From NCBI GenBank assembly GCA_964016885.1, contig OZ024740.1:248000001-248064000 (forward strand): DNA of 64,000 bases, written 5' to 3'. Of this stretch, positions 1 to 12,159 are shown piece after piece. The stretch comes from Eledone cirrhosa (Eukaryota). The number at the start of each line of letters is the position of its first letter. The stretch's first letter is position 1. The notes beneath the pieces are model-generated. The model was not told the DNA's origin, made no database searches, and saw only the letters and a list, made by a program, of their open reading frames with translations. A program made the translations under genes and the position numbers.

Positions 1-109
1 CCAGAAAACAATAGGCTGGATCATGTCTGGAATGGCTCTGATCATACGTCAAATCAATCATGACTGATCCGGGGCTAAACAGTAACAACAAAAAAAAATG
101 AAGTCTTAC

Positions 110-265
110 CTTCATCATGAGACGTTGATAAGCTGGTTTCTTGTCATCAAGGCTGTAAGGGAATCCATAATCAGTGAAAAACACCACTGAGACACCAATA
201 AGAGAGATTACAGATAAAATGCCAACAATTTTTTTCAGATCACTGCTGACTATCCATATATTAGC
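110..265 (-). CDS. ERMP1: ERMP1-like exon (last in window): ANIWIVSSDLKKIVGILSVISLIGVSVVFFTDYGFPYSLDDKKPAYQRLMMK
   Basis: ttcag acceptor and gtaaga donor, 156 nt, phase 0-0. TM segment then FPYS...P..QR, matching the ERMP1 'FFPYSSNPANPKPKRVFLQH' region as recalled. Not in the ORF track. Confidence 0.85.
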
Positions 266-639
266 CTGAAAAAAAAAGAAATAATTATTCAGTAGTAACA
301 ACAGCAACAATGTATGTATGCATGGACACATACTCCTGGTGGAGTCATAGAGGCACTGCACTAACATACAACATTTCTTGTGCACTTTAACCTGGAAGAG
401 CCCATCCCCCTCCAGGTTTGAAAACACCCAATTTTTCCAGAGAGAGGGGTGGGGGAATTGACCCAGTATTGGACTGGTATTTTTTTGTATCAACCTTGAC
501 CGGATGAAAGGCAAAGTTAACTTCAGCAAAATTTGAACTCAGAATGCAGAGCTGGAATGAATACCGCAAAGCATTCTATCTGACATTCTAACAACACAAC
601 AACAACAATAATGATGATGATAATAACGATGATAATAAT

Positions 640-3600
640 AATAATAATAATAATGCTTTCTTTATTAACCACAAGGGTTTACATAAAGTAGACATTAAGG
701 ACAGTACAGGACAATACAGGACGGTACAAATGGGCATTTCTGCGTGTAAAAAAAACAGAGGATGTAATAAAAATAACAATGAAAAATTCCACAATAGGAG
801 GAAGACTTCCGAGGGACATTTGTGGAGAAAGCCCATTAAAAGGCCACAGTGACCCTGACCACCAGGGCAAGTGCCCTCTCCCAGTTTTCCACCTTTAATT
901 TACAGACACATACTCAGAGTAGGCCCATTCACTCGGGCCATTCTTGCCTCTCTCACCCATCTTTCAACAAAATGCTGGGAAGAGAGCAGTTCCCTCTCTA
1001 CCCTGATTTTCCTTTTCAAATGAAATTTGAAAAAGTTAATCAGAAGAGGTAAGTGCTCGTCTTCAGCCCTTTCAAACGTGTCCACCATACTATCTCTTTC
1101 GCCATGGCTACCAGAGAGATAAAAACTGCCTGCCCTTCCCGGCTAAAGGAAGAAGGCGGGGCAATCCTCACGATGGACTCAGCAGATGGCCGGATCCGTC
1201 CTACACGCGACAGCAGGTGTTCGACATAAACCGGTTTTGTCGCCCTGCACGCATCTAAGACATGCCCGGCTGACAGCACATCCATGCCTGTATAGTTTAT
1301 CCCGAACTGTCAAAGCTCCTCGGTAGCACAGCCAGGCCAGGGATTTCTGGAAGTTGTCCATAGGCCCCCGGCCCGAAAGTTCTTCCGAAGAGATTGGCTA
1401 GTTGATTTTCATCTAGAGTTTCCCCAAGTACGTCATCGTTCTTCCCCTCCACTAATCCTCTATAGAAAGCCAAGGTGGGGTTTCCACCGATCACATTGCC
1501 CGACTGGTTGAGGGCCGTGAGCGCCTGAAGACATTCCAGTCTCCAAGCGCTCCCTCTCGGTCTTCGCTTGACCCAGGACTGCAGCTCCGTCAAGGAGACG
1601 AGCTGGGAAAAGACGCGTCTAGCAAACGGCAACCACACCTGATCACCGTCGAGGAAGAGGTGGAGATGTCGTAGCCTGAGCACGTGTCTGCGCGTCACCA
1701 GCCACGGCATGCCCAGCCCTCCAAGTAGTGGGTGTTGACAGCAGATGGACACCCTGATCATCGTCACCTCGTCCCAGTTTTTGTCCGTCTGGAGGTCCGG
1801 ACCAAACAAGACCCCTAGCAATTTAACCGGTCCGTCCGTCCAGTGCCTGACGACGCTGTTGAACGGCATGGACCTGCCTCTCCAGGTGCCGAGCTGCAGG
1901 CCCACTAACCTTTTCTGGTTGATCATTGCTCCTGTCACCGCTTCGTATTCTCTTAGTGTAGTGCCGATCACCTCGATGTGTTTGCCGTTCGACACCACTA
2001 CGGTGACATCGTCCACATATGCTGACACGGATCTTCCGCATCCTAGTTCACGCAGGACCCCGCCTCAACAGCTCCAGTTTTTGCAGTAATGGCTCGAGAG
2101 TCAATACGTACAAGAGGGACATCCTTAGCGGACAGAGCGCATGATGTTGAACGGTTCCGAAAGGTGACCGTTCACTCTCACTACAGAGCAGATGTCGCTG
2201 TGCATGGCAGCAATCGAGCCTCTGAAGACGGGCCCAAAGCCAGCCGCCCTCAGGACTGCTGCAAGATAACGATAGTCGACCCTATTGAAGGCTTTCGACT
2301 GATCTAAATTGATCAAGGACCCACCCGTGCCAGGTTCCCTAACTACCCTCTCCACGATGCATCGCATGAGGTGGAGGTTGTCATCGATGGATCTGTTTGG
2401 AATGGCGCATGTCTGCGCCTCTCCCACCAGACCACCACCGACAAGCGCCAACCTCTTTGCTAGCACCTTCGTCAAAATCTTGAACTCTGTGTTTAGCACA
2501 GTTATGGGCCTGAAATTATCTATGTTATCCCCCTTGTTTGGATCCTTTCTCAGCAGCGTCACCGCTCCTCGGCTCACAGAGCTGGGTATTCTCCTGTTCT
2601 GCTGCCCGTTGCAGTAGATGTCCGCCAAGAGGTTGCCGAACAAGTCTGGCATCTGTACGTAAAGTTCATAGGGCAGATCATCCAAACCAGGCGATTTACC
2701 CCTTGTGCAGCCAGTCATTGCCTCCCGTACTTCAGCTGCTGTTATCAGCTTTTCGTAACACTCCGCCTCCGAGAGCCACAGCAGTCCGTCGAGGTAGACA
2801 CTAAAGTCCATCCCTCGATCCAGCCCGCCGCTGCCTCTGAACAGCTGAGCGAAGTGTCACTGAAAGGCTTCACACATTTGCCTGGGATCAAGTAGCATGC
2901 GCCTGTCGTGGTCCACCAAAGACCGGATCGTGGCTTTGTTGCCACGTCGCGCCTCCGCCACTTGGGCCCATTGAACGGCTTTCGTCCCCTCGTGTCTGAG
3001 AGCACGCCCCCTAGCTCTGACAATGCAGCCTTCGTGCTTTGCATTGAAGAATTGGTCAAGGGCCAATTTCGCGGCAAGTATGTCGGTCGCAATGCCTTTG
3101 CTAAGCGCTTCGTCTAATTTTCTAACTAATTCTCCCTCTGCTCTACTTTTCCCTATTGCTAAAGCCTTGCTAAACCTAATGGACTCTATTCTAATCGCTT
3201 TTTTCAGAGCAAACCACCATTTGTTGTTGACGATGGCCCCTGTCAACGCCCGCTTAACTAGTTCGCTAATCCGGTCTCTGTAGGCCTTGCGTGCTGTCTA
3301 TGAAGCCGATCTAAGTCAACCACACAGATCATGAATTTGTGGTCCGTGTAGCTGACTATCTTGAATTGTGGGCAGCCTATGCTAGACCTATCTATTTCCC
3401 TACAAAATACTCTATCTAGATATGATCTGGATGACCCGATGCAGTTTGTCCAAGTCCACATTGGCACATTCAGGAAATCCAATCGGTACCTGTCCAACAG
3501 TTGAAAAGCCTGAGTAGGTTTGTGAGGCTTTTACACCCTCCTTCCCTATCCGCTAATCCCACACAATCCCAGTGTGCATCTAAGATCCCGTTCCAGTCTC

Positions 3601-5812
3601 CCACTAACACTAGAGAGCGGGACGTCCCAAGAAAGGTCTCCAAAAGCTGGAAGAATTCAGGCAATGCTGCTCCCATTGGGGCATAGGCGGCCACTAGCCT
3701 GAAAGCTTGTCCTTCTCCGCTGGTCACGTCCAGTATCACCAGCTTACCCTCTGTAGGAAGGGGGTGGGTGATCCATGCCTACGACCATTGGTGGGTTTCT
3801 CCACGAGAATATCCGTGAATATTCTTTTGGTGATGTTCCCTCGGTAGTCTCCAATTGATGTGGGGAACATTTTTTTTAAATGTTATGTAATTTTTTTGTG
3901 TAATTTCTATTATTTTTATGTGTGTAGGGGTGCAATTTTGGTGGTTTGTACGTAGTTTGTTTCTATGATGTTGGTGTGGTGTTGAATGTAATTTAAAAAC
4001 TTTGTGTTGTCTGTGTCTATGGCTGTGTATTGTGTCTGCTGATTGGGTGTTGGTGTTTTCTGTGTTTGCTGTCGTGTTGTTGAAGGCGACGATGGGGTAG
4101 ATGCTAAGGGTGGCGGTGGTGGTGGTGGTGGTGGTGGCGGTTGTGGTAGCGGTGGTGAAGGTGTGGGTGGTTTTGGGGACGTGGCTGTTGATGGTGGTGG
4201 AGGAGGTGGGGTAGTTTTCATTTTCTTTTTTTTTTAGTGTTCTTTCTTCCTCTTTTTTTTGGGGGGGGGGGAGAGTTCTTCCTTTTTTTTTTGTTGGAAT
4301 AGTTCTTCGGAATAGCTCTTGGAATAGTTCTTTGGAATAGCTCTTCAGCCTCATCGCACTCCTTGTCCGATTTGGCTATATCAGGAAGGGGTATGCTTTC
4401 CATTGGTTCCGTGGGTGGTGGATGGAAGAGATGGAGATTCTGTTGTTGGGGATGGTGATTTCTCTTCTGCCACTGTGGTCTTTGTTTGTTTTTCTGCTTC
4501 AGTTGCAGGGCACGGCGTGGGGAGAAGGGGGTGAGTGCATGCCTGTTTTGATAAGTTTGGGGCAGAATGCCTTAAGGTGCATCATGTCACCGCATCCATG
4601 ACACCTTGGGCGCCTACCTTCGACAGTCACGGGTAGATGGCTGTCGTCGTCCAGGTCTATTACATCGGAGATGGCTTCAATGCTCTCATGGTTTGCTTGG
4701 ATGATTAGCTCCATCCCCAACCCTGTCCAATTTTCCCGTCTTATTCGTATGACGTTGAGTATGGCTGTTGAATCTTCAATGTCAGCGAGGACGGCTGCCA
4801 TTAACCACACCATCTCCACTGAGGGTGGAACCTGGCCCACTCGAACCCTCACGACTCTCTGGCCGCAGTATGTGGGCATCATTGTGATTTCGTCACTGTG
4901 GAGTGGTGTAATGGAGTGTGCTCTGGCTTCCTCTGGTGTAGCGAAGAGCACATCCACAGTGCCATATCTCGATCCCCGGGCTATATATATTTTCTGTGCC
5001 CTGACGGTACCCATAGCTCTTTGGAACTGTGACTCCGTTGCCCATTCAACTCGCCTGGATTTTGATCCAATCGTGTGATAACTGACCGAACACAAAAGTT
5101 TGTTTCTTATTATCTCAGCTGGGCGGGTGAGACTTACCCTGTGTCCGGTCTTTTTAACCGAGACCTTTGCTTGTTTTATCTTTTTGTTAGTGATTTGCTC
5201 AAAATTGTTGGTCGCTTTCGCGAAAGATGTGTTTGTTTTTATTTGTGTTGACTCGTCACTAGTTTTGTCTTTGTTGCCGTCGTTGGTGTTTTTGTTTGTT
5301 TTTTTTCCTGTGTTGCTGCTGTTATAGTTGTTGTTCTTTGGGTTCTTTATGGCTGTTATTGTTGTTATTGGGGTGATGGTGGTGGTGTTTGATTTTTGTA
5401 ATGCAGGGTAATTTTCGTTGTAATTTCCACTACTGTTACTACAGTTCCAGTGGTTGCTGCTGCTGTTGTCACTACCACTGTCGCTGTCACTGCTGCTGCT
5501 GTTTCTCTTGTTTTTTTTCTTTGTCTTGTGATTGGGTGGAACTGGCTGTTCCACCCTCCGAACAACTCGGTGTTCCTCCCTGTGGACAATTTTTTTGTCC
5601 GCCATGTTTTTTTTTAAAACAAAAATTGGGGGTTATGGTTGTAAATAAAAGCAGATTTAGCCCTCAAGGGCACGAGATACAGTTAAAAAAACCACCTCCT
5701 TTGACAGAGGGGTTCTTTAATTACACACCGATGTAAAAATGATTATATAGAACTTTCGATAATTCCTAAAAATTCAACTAACTTACTCCGCCGTAGTTAC
5801 CGCTGTCTTGTA
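640..5812 (-). mobile_element. Near full-length L1/Tx1-clade LINE, defective (ORF1 + APE-RT ORF2, frameshifts and internal deletions)
   Basis: APE motifs (LVGDWNGILD, SYLDRVF, TDHK), RT motifs (KSPGLDDLPYE, FRPITVLNTEFKIL, LDQSKAFNRV, AYVDDVT), C-terminal cysteine motif; (ATT)n at both ends. Confidence 0.92.
4499..5605 (-). CDS. Tx1 ORF1p (N/S/T-rich N-terminus, CCHC knuckle CHGCGDMMHLKAFC); probably continues after frameshifts into Pro-rich 3779-4403
   Basis: 368-aa ORF upstream of the APE; CX2CX4HX4C knuckle. Confidence 0.8.
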   Translation of the reverse strand: MADKKIVHREEHRVVRRVEQPVPPNHKTKKKNKRNSSSSDSDSGSDNSSSNHWNCSNSSGNYNENYPALQKSNTTTITPITTITAIKNPKNNNYNSSNTGKKTNKNTNDGNKDKTSDESTQIKTNTSFAKATNNFEQITNKKIKQAKVSVKKTGHRVSLTRPAEIIRNKLLCSVSYHTIGSKSRRVEWATESQFQRAMGTVRAQKIYIARGSRYGTVDVLFATPEEARAHSITPLHSDEITMMPTYCGQRVVRVRVGQVPPSVEMVWLMAAVLADIEDSTAILNVIRIRRENWTGLGMELIIQANHESIEAISDVIDLDDDSHLPVTVEGRRPRCHGCGDMMHLKAFCPKLIKTGMHSPPSPHAVPCN

Positions 5813-5852
5813 ATACTAATAACAAATAATAATAATAATAATAATAATAATA

Positions 5853-6030
5853 ATTGTTTCTACTTTAGGCACAAGACCAGAAATTACCCAGTGCATTACT
5901 GGTACTTTATTTTATTGACCCCGTAAGGATGAAAGGCAAAGTCAACCTCGGCGGGATTTGAACTCAGATCGTAAAGGGACGTAACTATGCTGGAAAGCAT
6001 GGCGTCCGACCCTCTACCGATACTGCCAAT
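5853..6030 (-). mobile_element. tRNA-derived SINE, (ATT)n-tailed family
   Basis: A-box-like TTGGCAGTATCGGTAG, B-box GAGTTCAAATCC, core GACTTTGCCTTTCATCCTTACGGGGTC, tail GTAGAAACAATTATT. Nearly identical to other copies. Confidence 0.88.
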
Positions 6031-6528
6031 TAATAATGATTTATTTATTGGCCACAAGGGCTGACAACAAGAAAAACATTACAGACAGCACAGGATGGTA
6101 CGATGTGGCTTTTGTGCATGTAAAGATTTTTATTATTTATATAAGAAAAGAAAAAAAAGACATAGAAACATATATATATAAACAATAAAAATGAAAATTG
6201 AAACAATGAAAAATTCCCCAATAGGGGGGAAACCTCCGAGGGTTACTCGTGGCGAAAACCACACAAAAGACCACGGCCACCATGACCACCGGGGCAAGCG
6301 CCCTCTCTCAATTTTTTCCCATTCCTCAAACTACAGACGTATATTCAGAGCGGTCCCGTTCACTCGGACCATTCTCGCTACATTCACCCACCTTTCAACA
6401 AACGTGCTAGAAGACTGCACTTGCCTCTCCACCCTGATTTTCCTCTTCAAGTAAAACTTGAAAAAGTTAATCAGGGATTTGCCGAAGAGGAAAGTGTCTG
6501 TCTTTAACCCATTCAACCTTGTCCACCA
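6031..6528 (-). mobile_element. 5'-truncated Tx1 LINE 3' end
   Basis: ORF2 C-terminus (LINFFKFYLKRKIRVER..FVERWV) and a 3' UTR homologous to 650-1090. Confidence 0.85.
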
Positions 6529-6544
6529 ATAATAATAATAATAG

Positions 6545-7290
6545 TTTTAACATAGGCCAAGGCCAGAAAATTAGTGGGAAGGAAAGTCGATTATAACAGT
6601 CCCATACTTGACTGGTACTATATTTTATCAACTCTCAAAGAATGGACAGTAAAGTTGACATTGGCAAGATTTGAACTCAGAAAGATAAAGAGCCAAAATA
6701 AATACCATGTGACATTTTGTCTGACACTCTAGCAATTCTGCCAATCTACCACAATAATTAATAATGTCTAACATAGGCACCAGTCCAGAAATTTGAGGGA
6801 GAGGGGAACAATTGATTATATACAATGCACCTCCGGAAATGAGACTCAGAACCTTTTGATTGTTAGCCAAAAACTCTAACCACTAAGCCACATGCCTTCA
6901 CTTAATGCTGATGCAAGTAGTAGGTAATATATTTTTTAAAAGGTGTAATTAGGTGCTCTGCCCAAGAACAAACAAAATGCAAGCATTAGAATTTAAATTC
7001 AGAACACAGAAGTTCATATATTAGCTACTTGGCCATTATACTAGGTGGTGAAATGGCAGAAGCATTAAGGCATCAAGTGAATGCATTCCACTGTTTATTC
7101 CATCTCCTTGCATACTGAGTTCAAATTCCACCAAGATCAACTTTGCATTTCATCCTTCTGGGGTTGATAAATAAAGTATGAATCTAGACCTGTGAACTAG
7201 CAGAATCATTGGAGTATAAGATAGGATGCCTTGTGGTATTTGTTCCGTCTATTTACATTCTGAGTACAAATCTTGCTATGGCCTACTTGT
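6545..7290. mobile_element. Cluster of degenerate tRNA-SINE copies, both strands (others at 330-590, 10190-10380, 29255-29450, 29740-29880, 32380-32500, 33075-33275)
   Basis: Recurring GAGTTCAAAT / TTTCATCC / GTACCAG motifs. Confidence 0.65.
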
Positions 7291-7491
7291 GTGATAGACT
7301 TTATCTGTCACCTAGTTTAACACCACCACTTGATCCTGACCTCTGTTAAATCCAGGCCAGGTGTCCAATTTGAGGATACTTTCCTCCCTCCATTATATCA
7401 CTCTAAGAGGCCTTGAAAAGGACCATGGGCGTTGTACTTCCCTTCTTGACTAATGAACAGAAATAATATACCTGCCAATATTTAGAAAAGG

Positions 7492-7522
<31 letters not shown>

Positions 7523-7582
7523 ATAAGGATCAATGATGAAAAGAAGGTAGATATGTTTTGTTATGAGAAAAGGGGAACTTAC

Positions 7583-7773
7583 ACTGAATCCAGAGATAAC
7601 AATGATGGGGAGAGCGATCATGACGCCAACAGCAACATCAGGAAGTATAAAGGAGCCAACACGACCCATGATGGGAAGAAAGAACTGTAGTGATAGATGA
7701 GACATGTAGAGTGTCAGGAGAGTGGGCAGTGTGAGTGCTATGAAGTGACCAATCAACAGATGTAGTATACGAC
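7583..7773 (-). CDS. ERMP1: ERMP1-like exon: GRILHLLIG...FFLPIMGRVGSFILPDVAVGVMIALPIIVISGFS
   Basis: tttcag/gtaagt, 191 nt, phase 1-0. PIMGRxG...PD motif corresponds to ERMP1 'PILGRSGSEIPPD'. Confidence 0.92.
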
Positions 7774-8239
7774 CTGAAAGATGCATAAATAGTCTGGTCA
7801 ATGTAAGATACCTGAGGGCAATGATAAACAGAAATAACATATAACACATTAGCAACAGTAGCTACTCTTAGATAGGTTTCCTATTACCTAAAATATATAC
7901 AATAACATGAATTCATTATATTTATAATAAATTGTTTTAAGAAAATGCTGACAACCTTCAATAGGTCAAAGGATGTTGATTTACTCAGAATTGTTACATC
8001 CATCAACCCAGAAGTTAATTCAAGTTGAGTTTTATAAAAGTATGCAAAAATAAACAAATATAATAGAAAATTAAATAAATGTTTACACTTACATTTCCTT
8101 GAAAAACATCCTTTTTGTTAAAAAAAATATTTAACTAATTTGCATAATTACTCTAAATGAATAATTTTTCTAAATAATAACACATCCTAAGATCCCACCC
8201 CATCACCCACCTCCCTAGATCTACCTCCCCAATCCCCAT

Positions 8240-8505
8240 CCAGCCAACACTGTAAAGTAGTTTTTTTGGTGCCTTGACAAAAAGCGCCCAGCCCACACTG
8301 TAAAGTGGTCATGCAGGTGTCACAGCAAAAAACACCCAGTACTCACTGTAGATGCGGTTGGCATTAGGAAGGGCATCCAGTCGTAGAAGCCAAGCCAGAA
8401 TCAGTTCTGTATGAGCAAGACACAGTCACCTGATCTGACTTGTCTCACAACGGGACAACTCATTTGCTAGCGTGGAAAAATGGATGTTAAACGGTGATGA
8501 TGATG
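8240..8505 (+). mobile_element. RTE 3' UTR fragment with (GAT)n tail
   Basis: CACTGTAAAGTGG repeat unit, AGGAAGGGCATCCAG, GCTAGCGTGGAAAA...GTTAAACGGTGATGATG. Confidence 0.8.
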
Positions 8506-8931
8506 TATAACTTTAACCTTTTCCAATAACTATTGCAGTGCCTGGAGAGGGGTTTTATTCTGTCGGGAGCTAAAAACAACAAATTTCAGAAAAAGTCACA
8601 CATAACCTATGGCATTCATAAAAAGATGTGTTCATATACAAAGATGTGGCCTAAAACTTGGTACATACGGACATTCATTGACTTTTATATATTAAGATTA
8701 TACAATAATAGATAGGTGGCTTAGTTAAAGTTGGAATTTGTCTCAGAGGCTGATCAGGCTGGAGATTATCCCAGATTCATGCAGTGTTAAGTAGGTCTGC
8801 TGAACCAGACACGAATCCATTGCAAAGTTAACCCCAGCTGCTATTGATATTTTTTTTAGTTTAGGGAACTGGAGCAATATGAAATTAATTTAGTAAGTAA
8901 TTTAGTAAAAAAATAACTTAGAGTGGCTCAC

Positions 8932-9097
8932 CTTTGAGGTGGGATTTGACTAAGTTGAAGATAAATGAGAATAACAACCAGACAGAGATGAGATAGGCTG
9001 AACCAATATTGTAGTAGGTAAGTAAAGACAACAGACTGGACCATATTACATTGTTGGCATCAGAATATAACTGTTCCAAAGTAAAGAGGGTCTCATT
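8932..9097 (-). CDS. ERMP1: ERMP1-like exon: NETLFTLEQLYSDANNVIWSSLLSLLTYYNIGSAYLISVWLLFSFIFNLVKSHLK
   Basis: ttccag/gtgagc, 166 nt, phase 0-1. LTYYNIGSAYLISVW resembles ERMP1 LTYQGLCSAFISAVW. Confidence 0.9.
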
Positions 9098-9943
9098 CTG
9101 GAAGAGAGGCAAAGACAAAAAAGAGAAATATATTTTGATTAATATTACTGGCATCTTAGCAGTGTTTTTTTTATGTTTGAATATAAAGTACAATGTTGAA
9201 TAACAGTGAGAAATGGACATTGAATGCAGAGGATGTGCAAAAGCTAGAGAGAAATGAATCAAGCATCATTTTGTTTGATGTGTAATTAGAGTGCATGAAT
9301 GACAAATTGAGAGAAAAACTATGTATAAGAGCAATTAGATGTAGTGTGCAAGAAGAATGTGCTAATACAGACATGATGTGTATGGAAGAAATCCAGATAC
9401 ACTGATATGAATATATAATGCACTCTTGGCAGTTAGATCGATTAAATAAATTACAGAAGGATTAGCAGTGTTTGTTTTTGACATTATACTATAGGAAAAA
9501 CCTAAAGATTTTAGCAATCACTTCATGTGTAAACTAATTAAGATTAATTAGAGCAACAGCTAAAATCTAAAGGATTATCTTATAGTATGCTATAGAAATA
9601 TGTTTCTTAGCGTCAATTAGAAATTGTCAACTTTAAAAAGACAGATAATGTTTTTGAGGAAGACTGAACGCAACTGGTGTGTGTGTCTAATAAAGCACAC
9701 GTTCACCCCCCTCCTCTATCAAGTGACAATGAACTATTATACCTTTGTGTGTCTCATGTGGAATGACTCACGTACCCGCATGGCTTGCATGCTTTGTCTT
9801 TACTATAACTACTCTGTTTTGTACAAAATAAACAACTTTATGCAGTTGGGCGTCTTGAACAGAGGGCCTAGGATTTAATAGTCCAATTGTCAACAGCAGA
9901 CCCTTTAAAACAATGTTTATTATCATTATTATTATGAAAATGG

Positions 9944-10130
9944 TGGATTGGCAGTATCGGTAGAGGGTCGGACGCCATGCTTTCCAGCATAGTTACGTCC
10001 CTTTACGATCGGAGTTCAAATCCCGCTGAGGTTGACTTTGCCTTTCATCCTTACGTGGTCGATAAAATAAAGTACCAGTAATGCACTGGGTAATTGCTGG
10101 CCTTGTGCCTAAAGTAGAAACAATTATTAT
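9944..10130 (+). mobile_element. tRNA-derived SINE with 19-bp TSD ATTATTATTATGAAAATGG
   Basis: Direct repeat at 9925-9943 and 10123-10141. Confidence 0.9.
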
Positions 10131-10417
10131 TATGAAAATGGGGCTTGGGTACATTATGATTACAATTACGCCAGTACATGATGAGTACTTTCTTTCATTA
10201 AGCTTGGAGGATGAAAGGTAGAGTTGATTTAAAATCACACAGAGGTTAATTTTGCACTTCATCCTTCTGAGTCAATAATATAAAGTACTAGTCAAGTACT
10301 GATGTTGATTTAACCAGCCATATCCCTCTCCCATCTCCTACCCCAAAATATTTATGATGTTGTACAACTGTTAGAAATTATTATGAATAATGGTAATAAT
10401 AATATAATAATAATAAT

Positions 10418-10600
10418 AATTGTTTCTACGTTTGGCACAAGGCCAGCAATTACCCAGTGCATTACTGGTACTTTATTTTATCGACCCCGTAAGGATGAAA
10501 GGCAAAGTTAACTTCGGCTGGATTTGAACTCAGAATGGCAAGGGCCGTAACTCTATGCATCAAAGAATGGCATCCGACCCTCTAGCGATACTGCCAATCC
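10418..10600 (-). mobile_element. tRNA-derived SINE directly downstream of a Tx1 tail
   Basis: Family consensus and (ATT)n tail. Confidence 0.88.
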
Positions 10601-12150
10601 ATAATAATAATAATAATGCTTTCTTTATGACCCACAAGGGTTTACACAAAGTAGACATTAAAGACAGAACAGGACAATACAGGACGGTGCAGTTGGGCAT
10701 TTCTGCATGTAAAAAAACAAAAAAACAGAGGATGTAACAAAAAAAGAACAATGAAAGATTCCCCAATAGGGGGGAGACTTCCGAGGGCCATCGTGGAGGA
10801 AGCCCATTAAAAGAGCCACGGTGACCTTTAATTTACAGGCACATACTCAGAGTAGGCCCATTCACATGGGCCATTCTTGCCTCTCTCACCCATCTTTCAA
10901 CAAAATGCTGGGTGAGAGCACTTCCCTCTCTATCCTGATTTTCCTTTTCAAATGAAATTTGAAAACGTTAATCAGAGTATCACCGAAGAGGTAAGTGCTC
11001 GTCTTCAGCCCTTTCAGAGGCTTCCACCATACTATCTCTTTCGCCATGGCCACCAGACAGATAAAAACTGCCTGCCCTTCCTGGCTAAAGGAACAGGGCG
11101 GGGCTATACTCATGATGGACTCAGCGACAGCAGGTGTTCGACATAAACCCATAAGTCAGCAATGCTTGGACACTGGGCGAGTGCATGCAGGACGGTTTCG
11201 TCACCCTGCGCGCATCTAGGACATGCCCGGCTGACGGCACTTCCGTGCCTGTAGAGTTTATCCCGAACTGGCAAAGCTCCTCGGTAGGACTGCCAGGCCA
11301 GGGATTTCTGGAAGTTGTTCATGGGCCCCAGCCCGAAAGTTCTTCCGAAGAGATTGGCTAGTTGATTTTCGTTGACGCCTAGAGTTTCCCCAAGTACGTC
11401 GTTGCTCTTTCCCTCCACTAATCCTCTATAGAACGCCAAGGTGGAGTTTCCACCGATCACATTGCCCGACTGGTTGAGGGCCGTGAGCGCCTGAAGACAT
11501 TCCAGTCTCCAAGCGCTCCCTCTCGGTCTTCGCTTGACCGAGGTCTGCAGCTACGTCAAGGAGACGAGCTGAGGAAAGACACGTCTAGCAAACGGCGACC
11601 ACACCTGATCACCGTCGAGGACGATGTGATGTCATAGACTGAGCGCGTGTCTGCGTGATTTGCCCCTTGAGCAGCTTTCCATTGTGTCACATATTTCCTC
11701 GGCTGTTATCGGTTTTTTGCAAACTCCGCCACCCTCGCTGAGAACCGTGGTAGACCATCAAGGTAGGCTCTGAAATCCATCCCCCGGTTCGACCTGCCAG
11801 TACTCCCGATCATTTCAGCGAAGTGTTGTTGAAAGACCTCACACATCTGCTTGCGCCCATCACTAAAGATCAGATTGTGGCTTTGTTGCCACACTACACC
11901 TCTGTCACTTGGGCCTATTGAACGGCTCTTGTCTCCTTGGGTCTAAGATCATGCGCTTTTGTTCTGACAATGCAGACTTTGTGCTTAGCATTGAAGAATT
12001 GCCCCAGGGCCAATCTCGTCGTGAGTACATTGGCTGTAATACCTTTAGTAAGTGCCTCTTTTATTTTTCCACCTAGATCTCCCTCTACTCTAGTTTTCTC
12101 AATTATTTCAGACTTACTAAACCGTATCAATTCTTCTCTAATAGCCCTAT
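10601..12150 (-). mobile_element. Truncated, internally deleted Tx1 LINE, very similar to the 640-5812 copy
   Basis: 10620-11655 closely matches 655-1690; CPRCAQGDETVLHALAQC motif. Confidence 0.88.
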
Positions 12151-12159
12151 TTTCTTACT

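Noticed and set aside
4043-5736. Plus-strand ORFs (Gly-rich, hydrophobic, Cys-rich)
   Set aside because: Antisense shadows of the low-complexity Tx1 ORF1.
9620-9910. Possible MITE
   Set aside because: Only weak inverted similarity; no convincing TIR or TSD.
9944-10030. tRNA gene
   Set aside because: The A/B boxes belong to SINE heads; no cloverleaf or terminator.
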